Positions 29,354 to 39,505 of a DNA stretch of 64,000 nt are shown one piece after another. This DNA comes from Cyanobacteria bacterium P01_D01_bin.156 (GTDB taxonomy: Bacteria > Cyanobacteriota > Cyanobacteriia > Phormidesmidales > Phormidesmidaceae). The stretch's first letter is position 1. The number at the start of each line of letters is the position of its first letter. Location of the stretch: contig JBCCQQ010000002.1 of the NCBI GenBank assembly GCA_039024555.1, positions 32,001 to 96,000 on the forward strand, written 5' to 3'. Below the pieces are notes generated by a model. The model made no database searches, was not told the origin of the DNA, and saw only the letters and a list, made by a program, of their open reading frames with translations. The position numbers and the translations under genes are program-made.

Positions 29354-29788
29354 CCAACTTCCATAGCGTTTGAGAATTCTGCTTGGACTAGTCAGCTCGC
29401 TCCATGGTCATCTATCTCTATCAGTTATGCGCCCTAGCTAGCAGCCGTTAGTAGGGCAATCTTGGTTAACCTTTTACCCAATAGCATCCGCTATGGCAAT
29501 CTTCAACCATCCCTGGCAACTATGACTGCCTTGGGGTGATACCGACATGGTGCTTGGCAAAAAATCAGATTTTCTGCAGGTTAATTAGATCAACAAGCAA
29601 TTGGACTAAATAAATTTATCGGATATATTTCGGGTGAACGCTGCTTAAAAGTCATCAGTGGTTCTATCAGAATTCATATGAACTTACGGATTCTGGCTTA
29701 AAAGTTTTGAATGAAACTAAAATTTGGCAAAACTTCCACTAAACTCTAGTCAGCGTAAAATACTTACCTTTAACAAGCGTCTTTCCTT

Positions 29789-30628
29789 ATGGCACAATTC
29801 CTGCAAATGCCCGTTCAGTCCGGCAAAATTGGCGTTTTTGACAGCGGTGTCGGAGGACTGACGGTACTACGGGAAATTATGGCCCATCTGCCATCTGAAT
29901 CTTTACTGTATTTTGGCGATACGGCCCGCGTTCCCTACGGTAATCGCACCCAAACAGAACTCCTGCAGTTTGTTCGAGAAATTATTACTTGGATGCAGGG
30001 ACAGGGCGTCAAAATGGTGGTAATGGCCTGTAATACGAGTTCTGCTTTAGCGTTGGAAACGGTTAGAGCTGAGTTTGATATACCAATTCTCGGAATTATT
30101 TTGCCAGGGGCACGGGCAGCCGCTAGAACTGGCAAGCGGATTGGTGTTATTTCTACCGTCGCCACAGCTCAAAGTAATGCTTACAAACAGGCCATTTTAG
30201 AAGCATCGCCAACAGCTAAGGTTTGGCAAATCGGATGTCCTGACTTTGTGCCCCTCATTGAAAAGGGCCGTATTCATGATCCCTACACTCTGGCAGTCGC
30301 TACGGATTATCTAAAGCCGCTAATGGCGGCGAATATCGATACTCTGGTCTATGGATGCACTCACTATCCACACCTGAACCCAATTATGCAAAAGATTTTG
30401 CCAGGTTCAATTCGGGTGATTAATCCGGCTAGGTCGTTAGTATCGGCTATGGCAAAGGAGCTAGATGTGTTGGGGTTGAGTCATAGTGGTCAAACCAAAC
30501 GACAAATTGACTTTTATGTCAGTGGTGATCCAGCCCAGTTTGCGGCAGTTTCTGGCCAGTGGATTGGGTTTAAGCCCAAGGTACAGGCAGTGAGCTTGTC
30601 GGTGTTAGAAGGACTTGCGATCGCATAG
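29789..30628 (+). CDS. murI: Glutamate racemase
   Basis: GVFDSGVGGLTV, DTARVPYG, ACNTSS, GCTHYP. Confidence 0.97.
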   Translation: MAQFLQMPVQSGKIGVFDSGVGGLTVLREIMAHLPSESLLYFGDTARVPYGNRTQTELLQFVREIITWMQGQGVKMVVMACNTSSALALETVRAEFDIPILGIILPGARAAARTGKRIGVISTVATAQSNAYKQAILEASPTAKVWQIGCPDFVPLIEKGRIHDPYTLAVATDYLKPLMAANIDTLVYGCTHYPHLNPIMQKILPGSIRVINPARSLVSAMAKELDVLGLSHSGQTKRQIDFYVSGDPAQFAAVSGQWIGFKPKVQAVSLSVLEGLAIA

Positions 30629-30647
30629 CAGGTTATTAGCAAGCAAA

Positions 30648-30687
30648 AAACATCTGATGTGGCGACTGGACGCCACATCAGATGTTT
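30648..30687. terminator. Bidirectional terminator between convergent genes
   Basis: Perfect 17-bp arms AAACATCTGATGTGGCG / CGCCACATCAGATGTTT. Confidence 0.85.
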
Positions 30688-30707
30688 CAAAGGTTATGCA
30701 TAGAAAT

Positions 30708-31661
30708 CTAACTAGCTAATACCGCTAAAACCTTGTCATGGATTTCACCGTTGCTGACCACAACACCTTCGGTATCCACAAAGCGAGGTTCTTTGGAAAA
30801 GTCTAGGCTTTTACCATGCATATCAGTCACCTTGCCACCCGCTTCTTCAATGACTAGAACACCTGCCGCATGGTCCCAAATCTTCTCACGATAGCCGGGA
30901 TATTTGGGAGAAGGCAGGCGCAGATAAAGCACTGCATTACCGGATGCTACCGTACCGTACTTGGCTTGACTATCCATCCGAATCGCTTCGGTGGTGATGC
31001 CTGCCGCTTGAGCAATGCGGGAATGAAGCTCCTGATCGCTATGGGCTACACTCTCCACAAACCGAAAGTTGGCCGTATCCGAAGAGGAGGTCACAGCAAT
31101 CTTTTCAGGATTACTGCCATCCATATCCATCATCACGGCCCCTTCACCGCGAACAGCCACAAACATGACGCCAGAACGACCGTTGAGTTTAAGGGCGGGG
31201 CAGCCTAAAACACCTACCTTGAGATCACCCTCTTCCACCATGGCCAAGGCTACCGCATACTGATCGCCCCGTAGAAAGCCCTTGGTACCATCGATAGGGT
31301 CTAGGGTCCAATAGCGGGGACTAACATCACCATTACCCTGATCAATCCAGCCGGGAATTTGCTCATCCGTAGCATCCGGCAATACTGTTTTTACATAACT
31401 GGTCACTTGAGCAAGACGAGCAGCCATTTCAGGAGTTCGCAAGTCGTCTGCATCTTCTTCACCCACAATGGGATCGCTAGGAAACACTTCTTTGAGCATT
31501 TTACAAACGATAGCCTGAGCCCCAAAGTCAGCAACAGTAACAGGACTCTTATCAGATTTTTCAATCGCTTCGGGTACCATCTCAGCCCGTACTTTTTCAC
31601 AGATAGTAGCGGCAGCCTGGACAGCTGCGATCGCAATTTCTGTCTCTTTTTCGTAAGTCAT
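30708..31661 (-). CDS. 3'(2'),5'-bisphosphate nucleotidase (HAL2/SAL-like, inositol monophosphatase family)
   Basis: KSDKSPVTVADF, GEED, LDPIDGTKGF, DSQAKY, EKIWDHAAG. Confidence 0.93.
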   Translation of the reverse strand: MTYEKETEIAIAAVQAAATICEKVRAEMVPEAIEKSDKSPVTVADFGAQAIVCKMLKEVFPSDPIVGEEDADDLRTPEMAARLAQVTSYVKTVLPDATDEQIPGWIDQGNGDVSPRYWTLDPIDGTKGFLRGDQYAVALAMVEEGDLKVGVLGCPALKLNGRSGVMFVAVRGEGAVMMDMDGSNPEKIAVTSSSDTANFRFVESVAHSDQELHSRIAQAAGITTEAIRMDSQAKYGTVASGNAVLYLRLPSPKYPGYREKIWDHAAGVLVIEEAGGKVTDMHGKSLDFSKEPRFVDTEGVVVSNGEIHDKVLAVLAS

Positions 31662-31772
31662 AGTTAATTAATAATTAAGAATTAACATTAAGCAAATGGT
31701 TCTTGTACAGTCTACCGGACCATTTCCAACTACTCAGTAGTAAAGTCATAAATTTCTCTGGATTTGAGAAAT

Positions 31773-32609
31773 TTATGACTCACCGTGGGAGATCCAGGCG
31801 CGAGTACCAAAATATTGACAGCTCAAACTAGCTATCTCAGCAGCTCTTGATAAAGCTGATGTAAAGTTACCGGCCCAGTGGTAACAAAAAGCACCGTGAA
31901 AAATATCTCCTGCACCGAGGGTATCCGTAACAGAAATTAAGGGGATAGCTAGCTCACTTACGGTGTTGCGATCGCTGACAATAATAGGTCGTTCACCCCG
32001 CGTAATCGCCACATAGGGAATCCCCAACCCCTGTAAATAGGGTAGAGCCGCCATCTCGGGCGGATGGAAATTAGCTGAAGCAATCACCACCGTCGCCAAC
32101 GGCAATACCTGATCAAATCCTGGCTTCCAGCTGCCTGCATCCACAACGACTGGAATGCCTAACTGCCTAGCAGCTTGAGCCACCTCACGACTCAACACCA
32201 TTTGATGACCATCCACCAACACTACATCGATATCGGTCAAATCAATCTCTTGCGGCTCTACTTGCAGACCCACCGCATTGCGAGACATCACTGCCCGTTC
32301 TCCTGATGCTGCAGATACCACAATCGATGAAATGGGAGGAGAGTCTTGCCGCTGAGGCAGCAAATCATAAATCTCCACACCAACTTGTTCCATATCGTCT
32401 CGCAACAGAGTTGTTACCGGATGCTGTCCCACGGCTGCTGCCACTGTGGCCTGTCCACCTAACGCAGCAAAGGCCACAGCTGCATTGGTGGCTGGTCCCC
32501 CAGATGCCATGATCATTTTTTGAGCTACCAATTTTTCATTGGTCTGGGGTGGTCGTTGCGCTTGATAGATACAGTCAAGGGTCATTAACCCTAGAAATAA
32601 TCCCCGCAT
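31773..32609 (-). CDS. PfkB-family carbohydrate kinase
   Basis: GGPATNAAV, DTLGAGDIFHGAF. Confidence 0.93.
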   Translation of the reverse strand: MRGLFLGLMTLDCIYQAQRPPQTNEKLVAQKMIMASGGPATNAAVAFAALGGQATVAAAVGQHPVTTLLRDDMEQVGVEIYDLLPQRQDSPPISSIVVSAASGERAVMSRNAVGLQVEPQEIDLTDIDVVLVDGHQMVLSREVAQAARQLGIPVVVDAGSWKPGFDQVLPLATVVIASANFHPPEMAALPYLQGLGIPYVAITRGERPIIVSDRNTVSELAIPLISVTDTLGAGDIFHGAFCYHWAGNFTSALSRAAEIASLSCQYFGTRAWISHGES

Positions 32610-32729
32610 AAAATAACCTCAGGAGAAGACCTAATCTAGATTTGATAGCACCAAAAGAGCCTTGAGAGAGTGGTAATGAATTAATATCAGGTACTCCTTG
32701 AAAATTAATCTCTAACTTTTTCCACCTGA

Positions 32730-33593
32730 TTGGTTTTGAATTCTTCTCTCCCCACCGGAATGGTATACCTGGTTGCTACGCCCATTGGCAATCTTGAGGA
32801 CATTACATTTCGGGCTATTCGTATCCTCAAAGAAGTAGACTTAATTGCCGCAGAAGACACCCGACATACGGGCAAACTGCTACACCATTTTCAGATTGAA
32901 ACACCGCAGATTAGCTACCACGAGCACAATGCCCAAACTCGCATTCCCCAGTTACTCGAAAAACTGAACAATGGTCAGACCATCGCTTTAGTTAGCGATG
33001 CAGGAATGCCGGGAATCTCAGACCCAGGGTATGAGCTGGTGTGTGCCTGTGCAGAGGCAGGTATTGTAATAAGCCCAATCCCAGGAGCTGCAGCTGTGGT
33101 GAGCGCTATCGCCGCATCAGCGCTGCCGTCGGATCGGTTTACCTTCGAAGGTTTTTTACCGGTGAAGGGTAAAGCCCGTAGCGAACGGCTCATGGAACTC
33201 TCTACAGAACCCCGCACCATGGTGCTGTATGAAAGTCCTCACCGATTGCTCAAAACATTGACCCATCTGCAGGAGCATTTAAAGGGAACCCGGCAAATAA
33301 CAGTAGCCCGAGAGCTCACTAAGCGCTATGAAGAGTTTTGGCGCGGCACTATTGATGAAGCAATTAGCTATTTTACGGTGAATGAACCGAGGGGGGAGTT
33401 TACGATTGCGATCGCAGGTCATAGGGCTCAACCCACAGCCCTTACCCAAACAGAGCTACTGCAACATCTGGAAACCCTAATATCTCAAGGGCTTTCCCCA
33501 TCAAAAGCGAGCCGTCAGCTAGCCGACGAAACAGGACTCTCCAAACGCGAGCTGTATCAGCTAAGTCTCACCCTCAAACAAGAGAACAAGTAG
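32730..33593 (+). CDS. rsmI: 16S rRNA (cytidine1402-2'-O)-methyltransferase
   Basis: LVATPIGNLEDIT, AEDTRHT, SDAGMPGISDPG, YESPHR, RELTK; start may be ATG 32760. Confidence 0.96.
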   Translation: MVLNSSLPTGMVYLVATPIGNLEDITFRAIRILKEVDLIAAEDTRHTGKLLHHFQIETPQISYHEHNAQTRIPQLLEKLNNGQTIALVSDAGMPGISDPGYELVCACAEAGIVISPIPGAAAVVSAIAASALPSDRFTFEGFLPVKGKARSERLMELSTEPRTMVLYESPHRLLKTLTHLQEHLKGTRQITVARELTKRYEEFWRGTIDEAISYFTVNEPRGEFTIAIAGHRAQPTALTQTELLQHLETLISQGLSPSKASRQLADETGLSKRELYQLSLTLKQENK

Positions 33594-33594
33594 C

Positions 33595-34086
33595 TTACTT
33601 GACCGGTAACGCCAACCACTTATCCCAGCTCAAATCCCGTCCTGGAAAGCCAACCGACTCAAACGGCCAAACCTCTGCTGACCATTTTTTGACATCAGCA
33701 AATAAGCGCTCTTCTAGGCCACTTGCCAGTTCACTTTGGCGTGCCCAAAGCAGTGCATAGGCATCATAACCCTGGCGAGCCGATGGATAGAAATACACAC
33801 AGCCAAGACAGCGCGTTTCATCCAGACTCATCATGGTGTAAGCAAAAGACGTACGTCGCTGAAATTCTTTTTGATGCCAGCCTAAATCTATTAAATCCTG
33901 CTCCAGAGTCAAGCCGTCGGGCCAAGTACTGGGGGGTGGAAAAATTCCCTTCAGGTGGTCAGCACTGGTCACCACAGCATCAAAGTCTTTGACCACATCA
34001 TTAACTGTCAGCACCCGCAAACGATACTCATCCGTTTCAAAGATGGCAGGAACATCAAAGTCTTGGGGGACAAAAGATTTCACCAT
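33595..34086 (-). CDS. GNAT-fold N-acetyltransferase-like protein
   Basis: RLRVLT...D.DAV, F.RRTSFAY, CLGCVYFYP pattern. Confidence 0.75.
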   Translation of the reverse strand: MVKSFVPQDFDVPAIFETDEYRLRVLTVNDVVKDFDAVVTSADHLKGIFPPPSTWPDGLTLEQDLIDLGWHQKEFQRRTSFAYTMMSLDETRCLGCVYFYPSARQGYDAYALLWARQSELASGLEERLFADVKKWSAEVWPFESVGFPGRDLSWDKWLALPVK

Positions 34087-34090
34087 GGCT

Positions 34091-34699
34091 CTACTGATGT
34101 CTTTTTTCCAGAGTTTGAAAATCGCGATTAATTTCTACCCAAAGAGAACGATTTAGCGGATCGGTTTTGAGGGCTTTATCTAAATAAATACGAGCTTTTC
34201 CCAACTGGCCTTGATTGATTAATTCACGACCCCAGCGTTGATACGTAATGGCTTGCCACTGACGTACTTCGGAATCTTGAGTAATGCGCTGGGCCAGTCC
34301 TTCTACCAGTGCGATCGCACGGGGATATTTTTGCTGCTTTAGCAATACCTGCAGTTGAACATAGCTATCCTGTTTCAGCTTTTGCTCATGCTCGGACAGC
34401 CCAGGATTCGTCTGCACCACAACGGGAGAGTCGTCTTCAAAATCCTCTTCGGTAACGCCCTCGGGCTCAACCGGTTCATCCGGCTGCAATACCTCTAGCA
34501 ATGCCTCGTAAGCTTTAGTCACTTTAATAAAACGATCTTGCGCCCGCTGATCGTCCGGATTTACATCCGGATGATATTTGCGCGCCAGCTTACGGTAAGA
34601 CGCCTTCACATCATCAAAGGATGCTCCAGTACGTAACCCTAATGTTCGGTAGTAATCAGCTAACCCCATTGCCCCAAGAACTGCTTCAAATGCTGCCAT
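34091..34699 (-). CDS. J-domain (DnaJ) protein with C-terminal TPR-like helices
   Basis: YYRTLGL...YRKLARKYHPDVNP...AYEAL; likely start ATG 34669. Confidence 0.92.
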   Translation of the reverse strand: MAAFEAVLGAMGLADYYRTLGLRTGASFDDVKASYRKLARKYHPDVNPDDQRAQDRFIKVTKAYEALLEVLQPDEPVEPEGVTEEDFEDDSPVVVQTNPGLSEHEQKLKQDSYVQLQVLLKQQKYPRAIALVEGLAQRITQDSEVRQWQAITYQRWGRELINQGQLGKARIYLDKALKTDPLNRSLWVEINRDFQTLEKRHQ

Positions 34700-34770
34700 T
34701 AAAACGCAGAACCTGGCGAATATTACGTCATGCCGAAAAAAATGGACAATCTTGGCAAGGGTTTAAATCG

Positions 34771-34820
34771 GAATTCGGAGTTTGGAGTTCGGAAACCCTC
34801 CGATGCCAACTTCCGAATTC
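34771..34820 (-). repeat. Short GARTTYG heptamer run forming an imperfect inverted repeat after the clp operon
   Basis: GAATTCG GAGTTTG GAGTTCG ... CCAACTTCCGAATTC; STRR-like, in terminator position. Confidence 0.5.
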
Positions 34821-34824
34821 TGCG

Positions 34825-35421
34825 CTAAATTCGCTCTTCGATCACTCGGTCAATTAGACCGTAGGTCTTGGCTTCTTCAGCAGACATAAAGTTATCGCGA
34901 TCCGTATCCTTTTCAATTTGTCTCAGAGTTTGGCCAGTGTGCTCAGCCATCAAACCATTGAGACGATGCTTGATCTGCACAATGTGGTTAGCCTCAATTT
35001 CAATGTCCGTTGCCTGACGCTGACCTACACCGCCCAGAGGCTGGTGAATCATGATCCGAGAATGGGGCAATGCCAATCGCTTACCAGGGGTGCCGGCACA
35101 CAATAAAAAAGACCCCATGGATGCGGCTAAGCCAACACAGATAGTCACAACTTCGGACTTGATATAGCGCATCGTATCGTAGATGGCCATACCAGCAGTC
35201 ACAGAGCCACCGGGAGAATTGATATATAGATAGATGGGCTTGGTTGGATCATCAGAATCCAAATAAAGCATGTAAGCCACAATGGCATTAGCAATACCAT
35301 CCGTAACTTCTTCAGTTAAAAAGATGATGCGCTCACGGAAAAGGCGCTCATAAATGCTGATCCATTGTTCGTAAGTGCTACCGGGAAGGCGATAGGGAAC
35401 GCTGGGAATACCAATAGGCAT
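34825..35421 (-). CDS. clpP: ATP-dependent Clp protease proteolytic subunit (ClpP3-type), catalytically intact
   Basis: [28 protein letters not shown] (Ser), IMIHQP (His), DRD (Asp). Confidence 0.96.
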   Translation of the reverse strand: MPIGIPSVPYRLPGSTYEQWISIYERLFRERIIFLTEEVTDGIANAIVAYMLYLDSDDPTKPIYLYINSPGGSVTAGMAIYDTMRYIKSEVVTICVGLAASMGSFLLCAGTPGKRLALPHSRIMIHQPLGGVGQRQATDIEIEANHIVQIKHRLNGLMAEHTGQTLRQIEKDTDRDNFMSAEEAKTYGLIDRVIEERI

Positions 35422-35443
35422 AGGTCTACGGAAGATAAAAGGT

Positions 35444-36082
35444 TTACGAGGGTTGTTCAATGACCCGGTCAATTAGGCCGTATTCGATCGCTTCCTGGGG
35501 CGTCAGATAAAACATACGCTCCATATCCTTACGAATCTTATCTGCGGACTGGCTGGTATTTTCACTTAGCAACTGGGTCACCAAGGACGTTTTACTCAGC
35601 ACCTCATCGGCATTCACTTCAATATCAGTCGCCTGACCACGGGTACCGCTGTAAGGATGAAGTAGTGCAATAGATGCATTAGGCAAACTGGACCGCTTAC
35701 CCTTGGCACCACAGGAGAGTAAAACCGCTGACATACCGACCGCCTGGCCCATACAGATAGTAATAACCTCTGATTTGATATGTCGCATGGTGTCATAGAC
35801 AGCCAACCCAGCAGTAACAGACATCATGCCTGCAGAACCATCAGCCATACCAGCCATCACTGGATCACCCATGGAGTTGATATACAAGTAGATCGGCTTA
35901 CCAGCATCTTCAGAGTCTAGGTACAGTAAAGCCGAAACCAGTGAATTGGCCACACCATCCGTTAGAGGCTGATTAAGGAACAAAATACGTTCCTGACTCA
36001 TACGAGTGTAAATACTGACCCAAGCCCACCGGCGGCTGCCAGGTAGGTTGTATGGCACTCGCATTGGACGTTCTACAGACAT
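35444..36082 (-). CDS. Clp protease subunit, predicted inactive (second ClpR-like)
   Basis: [20 protein letters not shown] lacks the nucleophile Ser; IALLHP and ERM replace IMIHQP and DRD. Confidence 0.88.
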   Translation of the reverse strand: MSVERPMRVPYNLPGSRRWAWVSIYTRMSQERILFLNQPLTDGVANSLVSALLYLDSEDAGKPIYLYINSMGDPVMAGMADGSAGMMSVTAGLAVYDTMRHIKSEVITICMGQAVGMSAVLLSCGAKGKRSSLPNASIALLHPYSGTRGQATDIEVNADEVLSKTSLVTQLLSENTSQSADKIRKDMERMFYLTPQEAIEYGLIDRVIEQPS

Positions 36083-36084
36083 AA

Positions 36085-36777
36085 TTAGCCGATACCCGCT
36101 GGAATTTGTGTGGGCAGTTCCTTCGTACTTTCTAATACGCGATCGATTAGTCCATACTCTTTGGCCTCATCAGGTGTGAGGTAAAACATTCGATCGGTAT
36201 CTTTCTGAAGCTTTTCAGGAGACTGACCTGTACTGCGCGACAAAATGTCTAATGTGGCTTCGCGATTAGCTAGAACTTCTTTAGCGCGAATTTGAATATC
36301 CGTCGCCTGACCTCGAGCACCCGTGCGGGGCTGATTCAACACAATAGTTGCATTTGGCAGACTGGCCCGAAAGCCCTTGGTACCTGCCGCTAAAATCATA
36401 GATGCAGTCCCCATGGCCTGACCAATACAAATAGTATGTACTGGCGGACGAATGTAGCGCATGGTATCGCAAATGGCGAATGCCTCAGTTTCAAAGCCTA
36501 GGGCGTCTCCGGTATACCAGGATGTGCCTGTGGAGTTGATATAGAAGTAGATTGGCTTGTCAGGATCGTCAAATTCTAGATAGAGCAGCTGAGCAATAAT
36601 CAGCCGGGTGACATCCATTCCCATTTGCCGCTTATAGTCATCGGATGAAACTAGCGGCGTTCCCAAATACACAATGCGCTCTTTAAGAAGCAGGGATTGT
36701 AAATCGGGAGGGGGCGTGCGAAAAGCGGCATCACCGCCATAGTAAGGAGCCTGTACGGCTTTAATATTAGAACTCAT
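36085..36777 (-). CDS. clpR: Clp protease non-catalytic subunit ClpR
   Basis: RTPPPDL.SLLLKERIVYLG, INSTGTSW, GQAMGTA (no Ser), VLNQP (no His). Confidence 0.92.
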   Translation of the reverse strand: MSSNIKAVQAPYYGGDAAFRTPPPDLQSLLLKERIVYLGTPLVSSDDYKRQMGMDVTRLIIAQLLYLEFDDPDKPIYFYINSTGTSWYTGDALGFETEAFAICDTMRYIRPPVHTICIGQAMGTASMILAAGTKGFRASLPNATIVLNQPRTGARGQATDIQIRAKEVLANREATLDILSRSTGQSPEKLQKDTDRMFYLTPDEAKEYGLIDRVLESTKELPTQIPAGIG

Positions 36778-37152
36778 ATACCCAGTTAGCTCTCTGCGGT
36801 GTCAGCTGTTCACCGACTTCTCTATAAAATGCTCCGAATGGCTACGGGCATTAATGTCTAAATAGTTTAACTTGCCCTGCACCAGCTGGCAGGTCAAGGA
36901 CTTGGTGGATATCCGCCAATGGCGAAGTTCCTCAGTAAGAGTAGTGGTCGATTGAAGATGACCTTAAGGAATTCTGTTTAAAGCACTGTAGCTCTTCTCT
37001 ACGGGCTAACTATGAAGAACCCAGCACAATTGGTCGGTACGGCCCAGGCCCAGGTTTTCATTTTTGGCGATACTTTTTTCCGTAAATTGGTGCAATACCT
37101 TTGGCACAGAAGTCTAGAACGATACTAATAAGTAATTGGTAGGAAAATACTT

Positions 37153-38382
37153 ATGAAAGCGAACGTGCAGTGGTCTATTAGCGATCGCAACCTAGACACG
37201 GCTAAGACGAATAGCCAGCGACATCTGGCAATTGCTGTACAAGCCACATCTGGCAACGAACGTCCTCCCCTTAACCTCTGCCTAGTTCTAGACCAAAGCG
37301 GTTCCATGGGCGGTACCCCTATCAAAACTGTCCGAGCCGCAGCCAGCAAAATTATTGACAGCCTATCCCCCCAAGACCGCATTTCCATCATTTCCTTTGA
37401 CCATGAAGCTAGAGTGGTAGTCCCCAATCAGCCGGTTACAGATAGCCAAACTATCAAACAAGCCATTGACGGCATCCGCGCCGGTGGTGGAACTTCTATT
37501 GATGCCGGTTTAAAGCTAGGCATTGAAGAAGTGGCTAAGGGAAAAGTAGGCACCGTCTCGCAAATCTTTTTACTCACCGATGGCGAAAATGAACATGGCA
37601 ATAATGAACGCTGCCTAAAACTGGCCCAACTCGCTGTCAACTATAGTTTTACCGTCAGCACCCTAGGCTTTGGCAACCATTGGAATCAGGACGTTCTAGA
37701 ACAGCTGGCCGATGCCGGTAGTGGCAGTTTGGCCTATATTCAAAATCCTGACACCGCCATCCAGGAATTTAGCCGACTCTTTAGTCGAGTACAGTCGGTC
37801 AGTTTGACCAATGCATACCTAATTTTGACACTCCAGCCCCAGGTACGGTTGGCCGAACTTAAACCCATTGCCCAAGTACTTCCCGAAACTATTGAGCTGG
37901 ATGTACGACGTGAAAGCGAGCAAGCCATTGTCCGTCTGGGGGACCTGATGACTGATACACCTCGTATTGTGTTAGTCAATCTCTACATTAGTCAGCTCTT
38001 GGAGGGCACCCACACCATCGCCCAGGCACAGATTCAATATGACGATCCGGCCCTGGGTAGCTCCCTATCTACCGACACGGTCATGATTGATGTGGTGGCT
38101 CAAAATGCCTATCAGCCGCAGCCAGATACTCACGTACAGCAACACATTTTGGCCCTAGCTAAATACCGTCAGACCCAAATCGCTGAAACTAAGCTGCAGG
38201 CGGGCGATCGCACGGGTGCCATCACGATGCTACAAACAGCCACCCAAACAGCTATTCAGCTAGGCGATAAAAATGCCGCAACGGTCCTCCAGGAAAATGT
38301 AACTCAATTACAAACTGGAAAAGAGCTTTCAGAACAAGCCAAGAAGAAAACACGTATTGCCTCTAAAACAATTCTTCAGTAG
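37153..38382 (+). CDS. von Willebrand factor type A domain protein
   Basis: MIDAS LDQSGSM, GGT, LLTDGEN. Confidence 0.93.
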   Translation: MKANVQWSISDRNLDTAKTNSQRHLAIAVQATSGNERPPLNLCLVLDQSGSMGGTPIKTVRAAASKIIDSLSPQDRISIISFDHEARVVVPNQPVTDSQTIKQAIDGIRAGGGTSIDAGLKLGIEEVAKGKVGTVSQIFLLTDGENEHGNNERCLKLAQLAVNYSFTVSTLGFGNHWNQDVLEQLADAGSGSLAYIQNPDTAIQEFSRLFSRVQSVSLTNAYLILTLQPQVRLAELKPIAQVLPETIELDVRRESEQAIVRLGDLMTDTPRIVLVNLYISQLLEGTHTIAQAQIQYDDPALGSSLSTDTVMIDVVAQNAYQPQPDTHVQQHILALAKYRQTQIAETKLQAGDRTGAITMLQTATQTAIQLGDKNAATVLQENVTQLQTGKELSEQAKKKTRIASKTILQ

Positions 38383-38388
38383 TCGGCT

Positions 38389-39003
38389 ATGCGATTACAC
38401 TATCTGATCAAAGCTATTCAAGCGGGTATCGAAGGTCATGCAGGGGATACGGCTGCCTATAAAGCGGCAGCATTTGGGACACATTCCTCGGGAAGTCTAG
38501 AACAACAACTGGTCAATTTAACTAACCCGCTACCGGATATCAGTGTTTCTGACTTGAAGTCGTACGCTCCTGGCTCCTTTGGTTGTGTTCTAGCTAAATT
38601 TCTCGACAGGAACCAGATTCAACCGCTTACGCTCTCTTCTAAAGCAAAATCAGAGCTCCAGGGTACACCGCTGTTAGCCATTCGCTACCCCCTGCTCCAT
38701 GATGCTTTTCATGTACTGTTGGGGTTTGATACTAGTTTGGCAGGGGAGTTAGGGGTTTGGTCTTTTGTGGCGGCGCAACAATATTGTGCGGAATTTAATC
38801 GTGCGGCTTGGATAGGAAGATGGTTTACACGGTTGTTGATACCTTGGCAATGGAAGAAATTGGGAGACTTTGAAGATAGAGGGCGACAGTTGGGGCAGCG
38901 AGCGGTTTGTGTGATTACTGAGCCGTTAGAAGAGTTGTTTGGCATGCCATTAGAAGAGGTTAGACAGCGGTTAAAACTTTCTTCTCAGCCAAACACTGAT
39001 TAG
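38389..39003 (+). CDS. Coq4-family protein
   Basis: L..Y.PGSFG...FL; HDAFHVLLGFDTSLAGE (HDxxH-x11-E). Confidence 0.85.
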   Translation: MRLHYLIKAIQAGIEGHAGDTAAYKAAAFGTHSSGSLEQQLVNLTNPLPDISVSDLKSYAPGSFGCVLAKFLDRNQIQPLTLSSKAKSELQGTPLLAIRYPLLHDAFHVLLGFDTSLAGELGVWSFVAAQQYCAEFNRAAWIGRWFTRLLIPWQWKKLGDFEDRGRQLGQRAVCVITEPLEELFGMPLEEVRQRLKLSSQPNTD

Positions 39004-39071
39004 AGTTATGGGTACCTTTAAAGAGGGTATTTAGCTTTTGAATTTATGGCCAATGGCAAGATAGGTTGCTC

Positions 39072-39128
39072 AGGGCTTTCCTCCCTGAAACCCTCCTGTC
39101 GTGGGGACCTAACTTCCCCACACCCCTC
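39072..39128. repeat. Degenerate GC-rich double-hairpin REP/MITE-like element
   Basis: AGGG-CTTTCCT-CCCT and GTGGGGA-CCTAACT-TCCCCAC hairpins in intergenic DNA. Confidence 0.4.
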
Positions 39129-39387
39129 GAATAAGAGGCTGATCGGTCAAATGATTCAATACTTGAATAATGTCGTTAAGGTATTACGCTGTTACGCATT
39201 CGCTCCACACCGTAAAAGAGCGGTTATCTTTAACTCATTAAGATTCTTCCTCTAAAGTAGAATTGTCTAAATCAGACAAGAGATAACCTATGCTTTTTTA
39301 ATTTTTTGTGGCGCACCACAAAAAATTAAAACCTACTCCACCGACCACTTCTTTCTTCGCAAGTTGGGAAAACGTTACTACTTTTAT

Positions 39388-39459
39388 GGGGTTGTAGGGT
39401 GGCATTCCCACCCTGCCCATTGGGGTTTGGGGCACTCGGAGGAGCCCCAAGCAAAACCT
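39388..39459. repeat. GC-rich double-hairpin REP/MITE-like element
   Basis: GTAGGGTGG-CATTC-CCACCCTGC and TTGGGGC-ACTCGGAGGA-GCCCCAA hairpins. Confidence 0.45.
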
Positions 39460-39505
39460 ACGACCATTCGAGATACCCTTAAGTTCAATCCCTCTAAAGA
39501 CACCT

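Noticed and set aside
28378..29364. Minus-strand ORFs of 95 and 175 aa
   Set aside because: Antisense shadows of the antiporter
29354..29788. 435-bp spacer before murI as ncRNA or riboswitch
   Set aside because: No recognisable RNA family motif or convincing terminator
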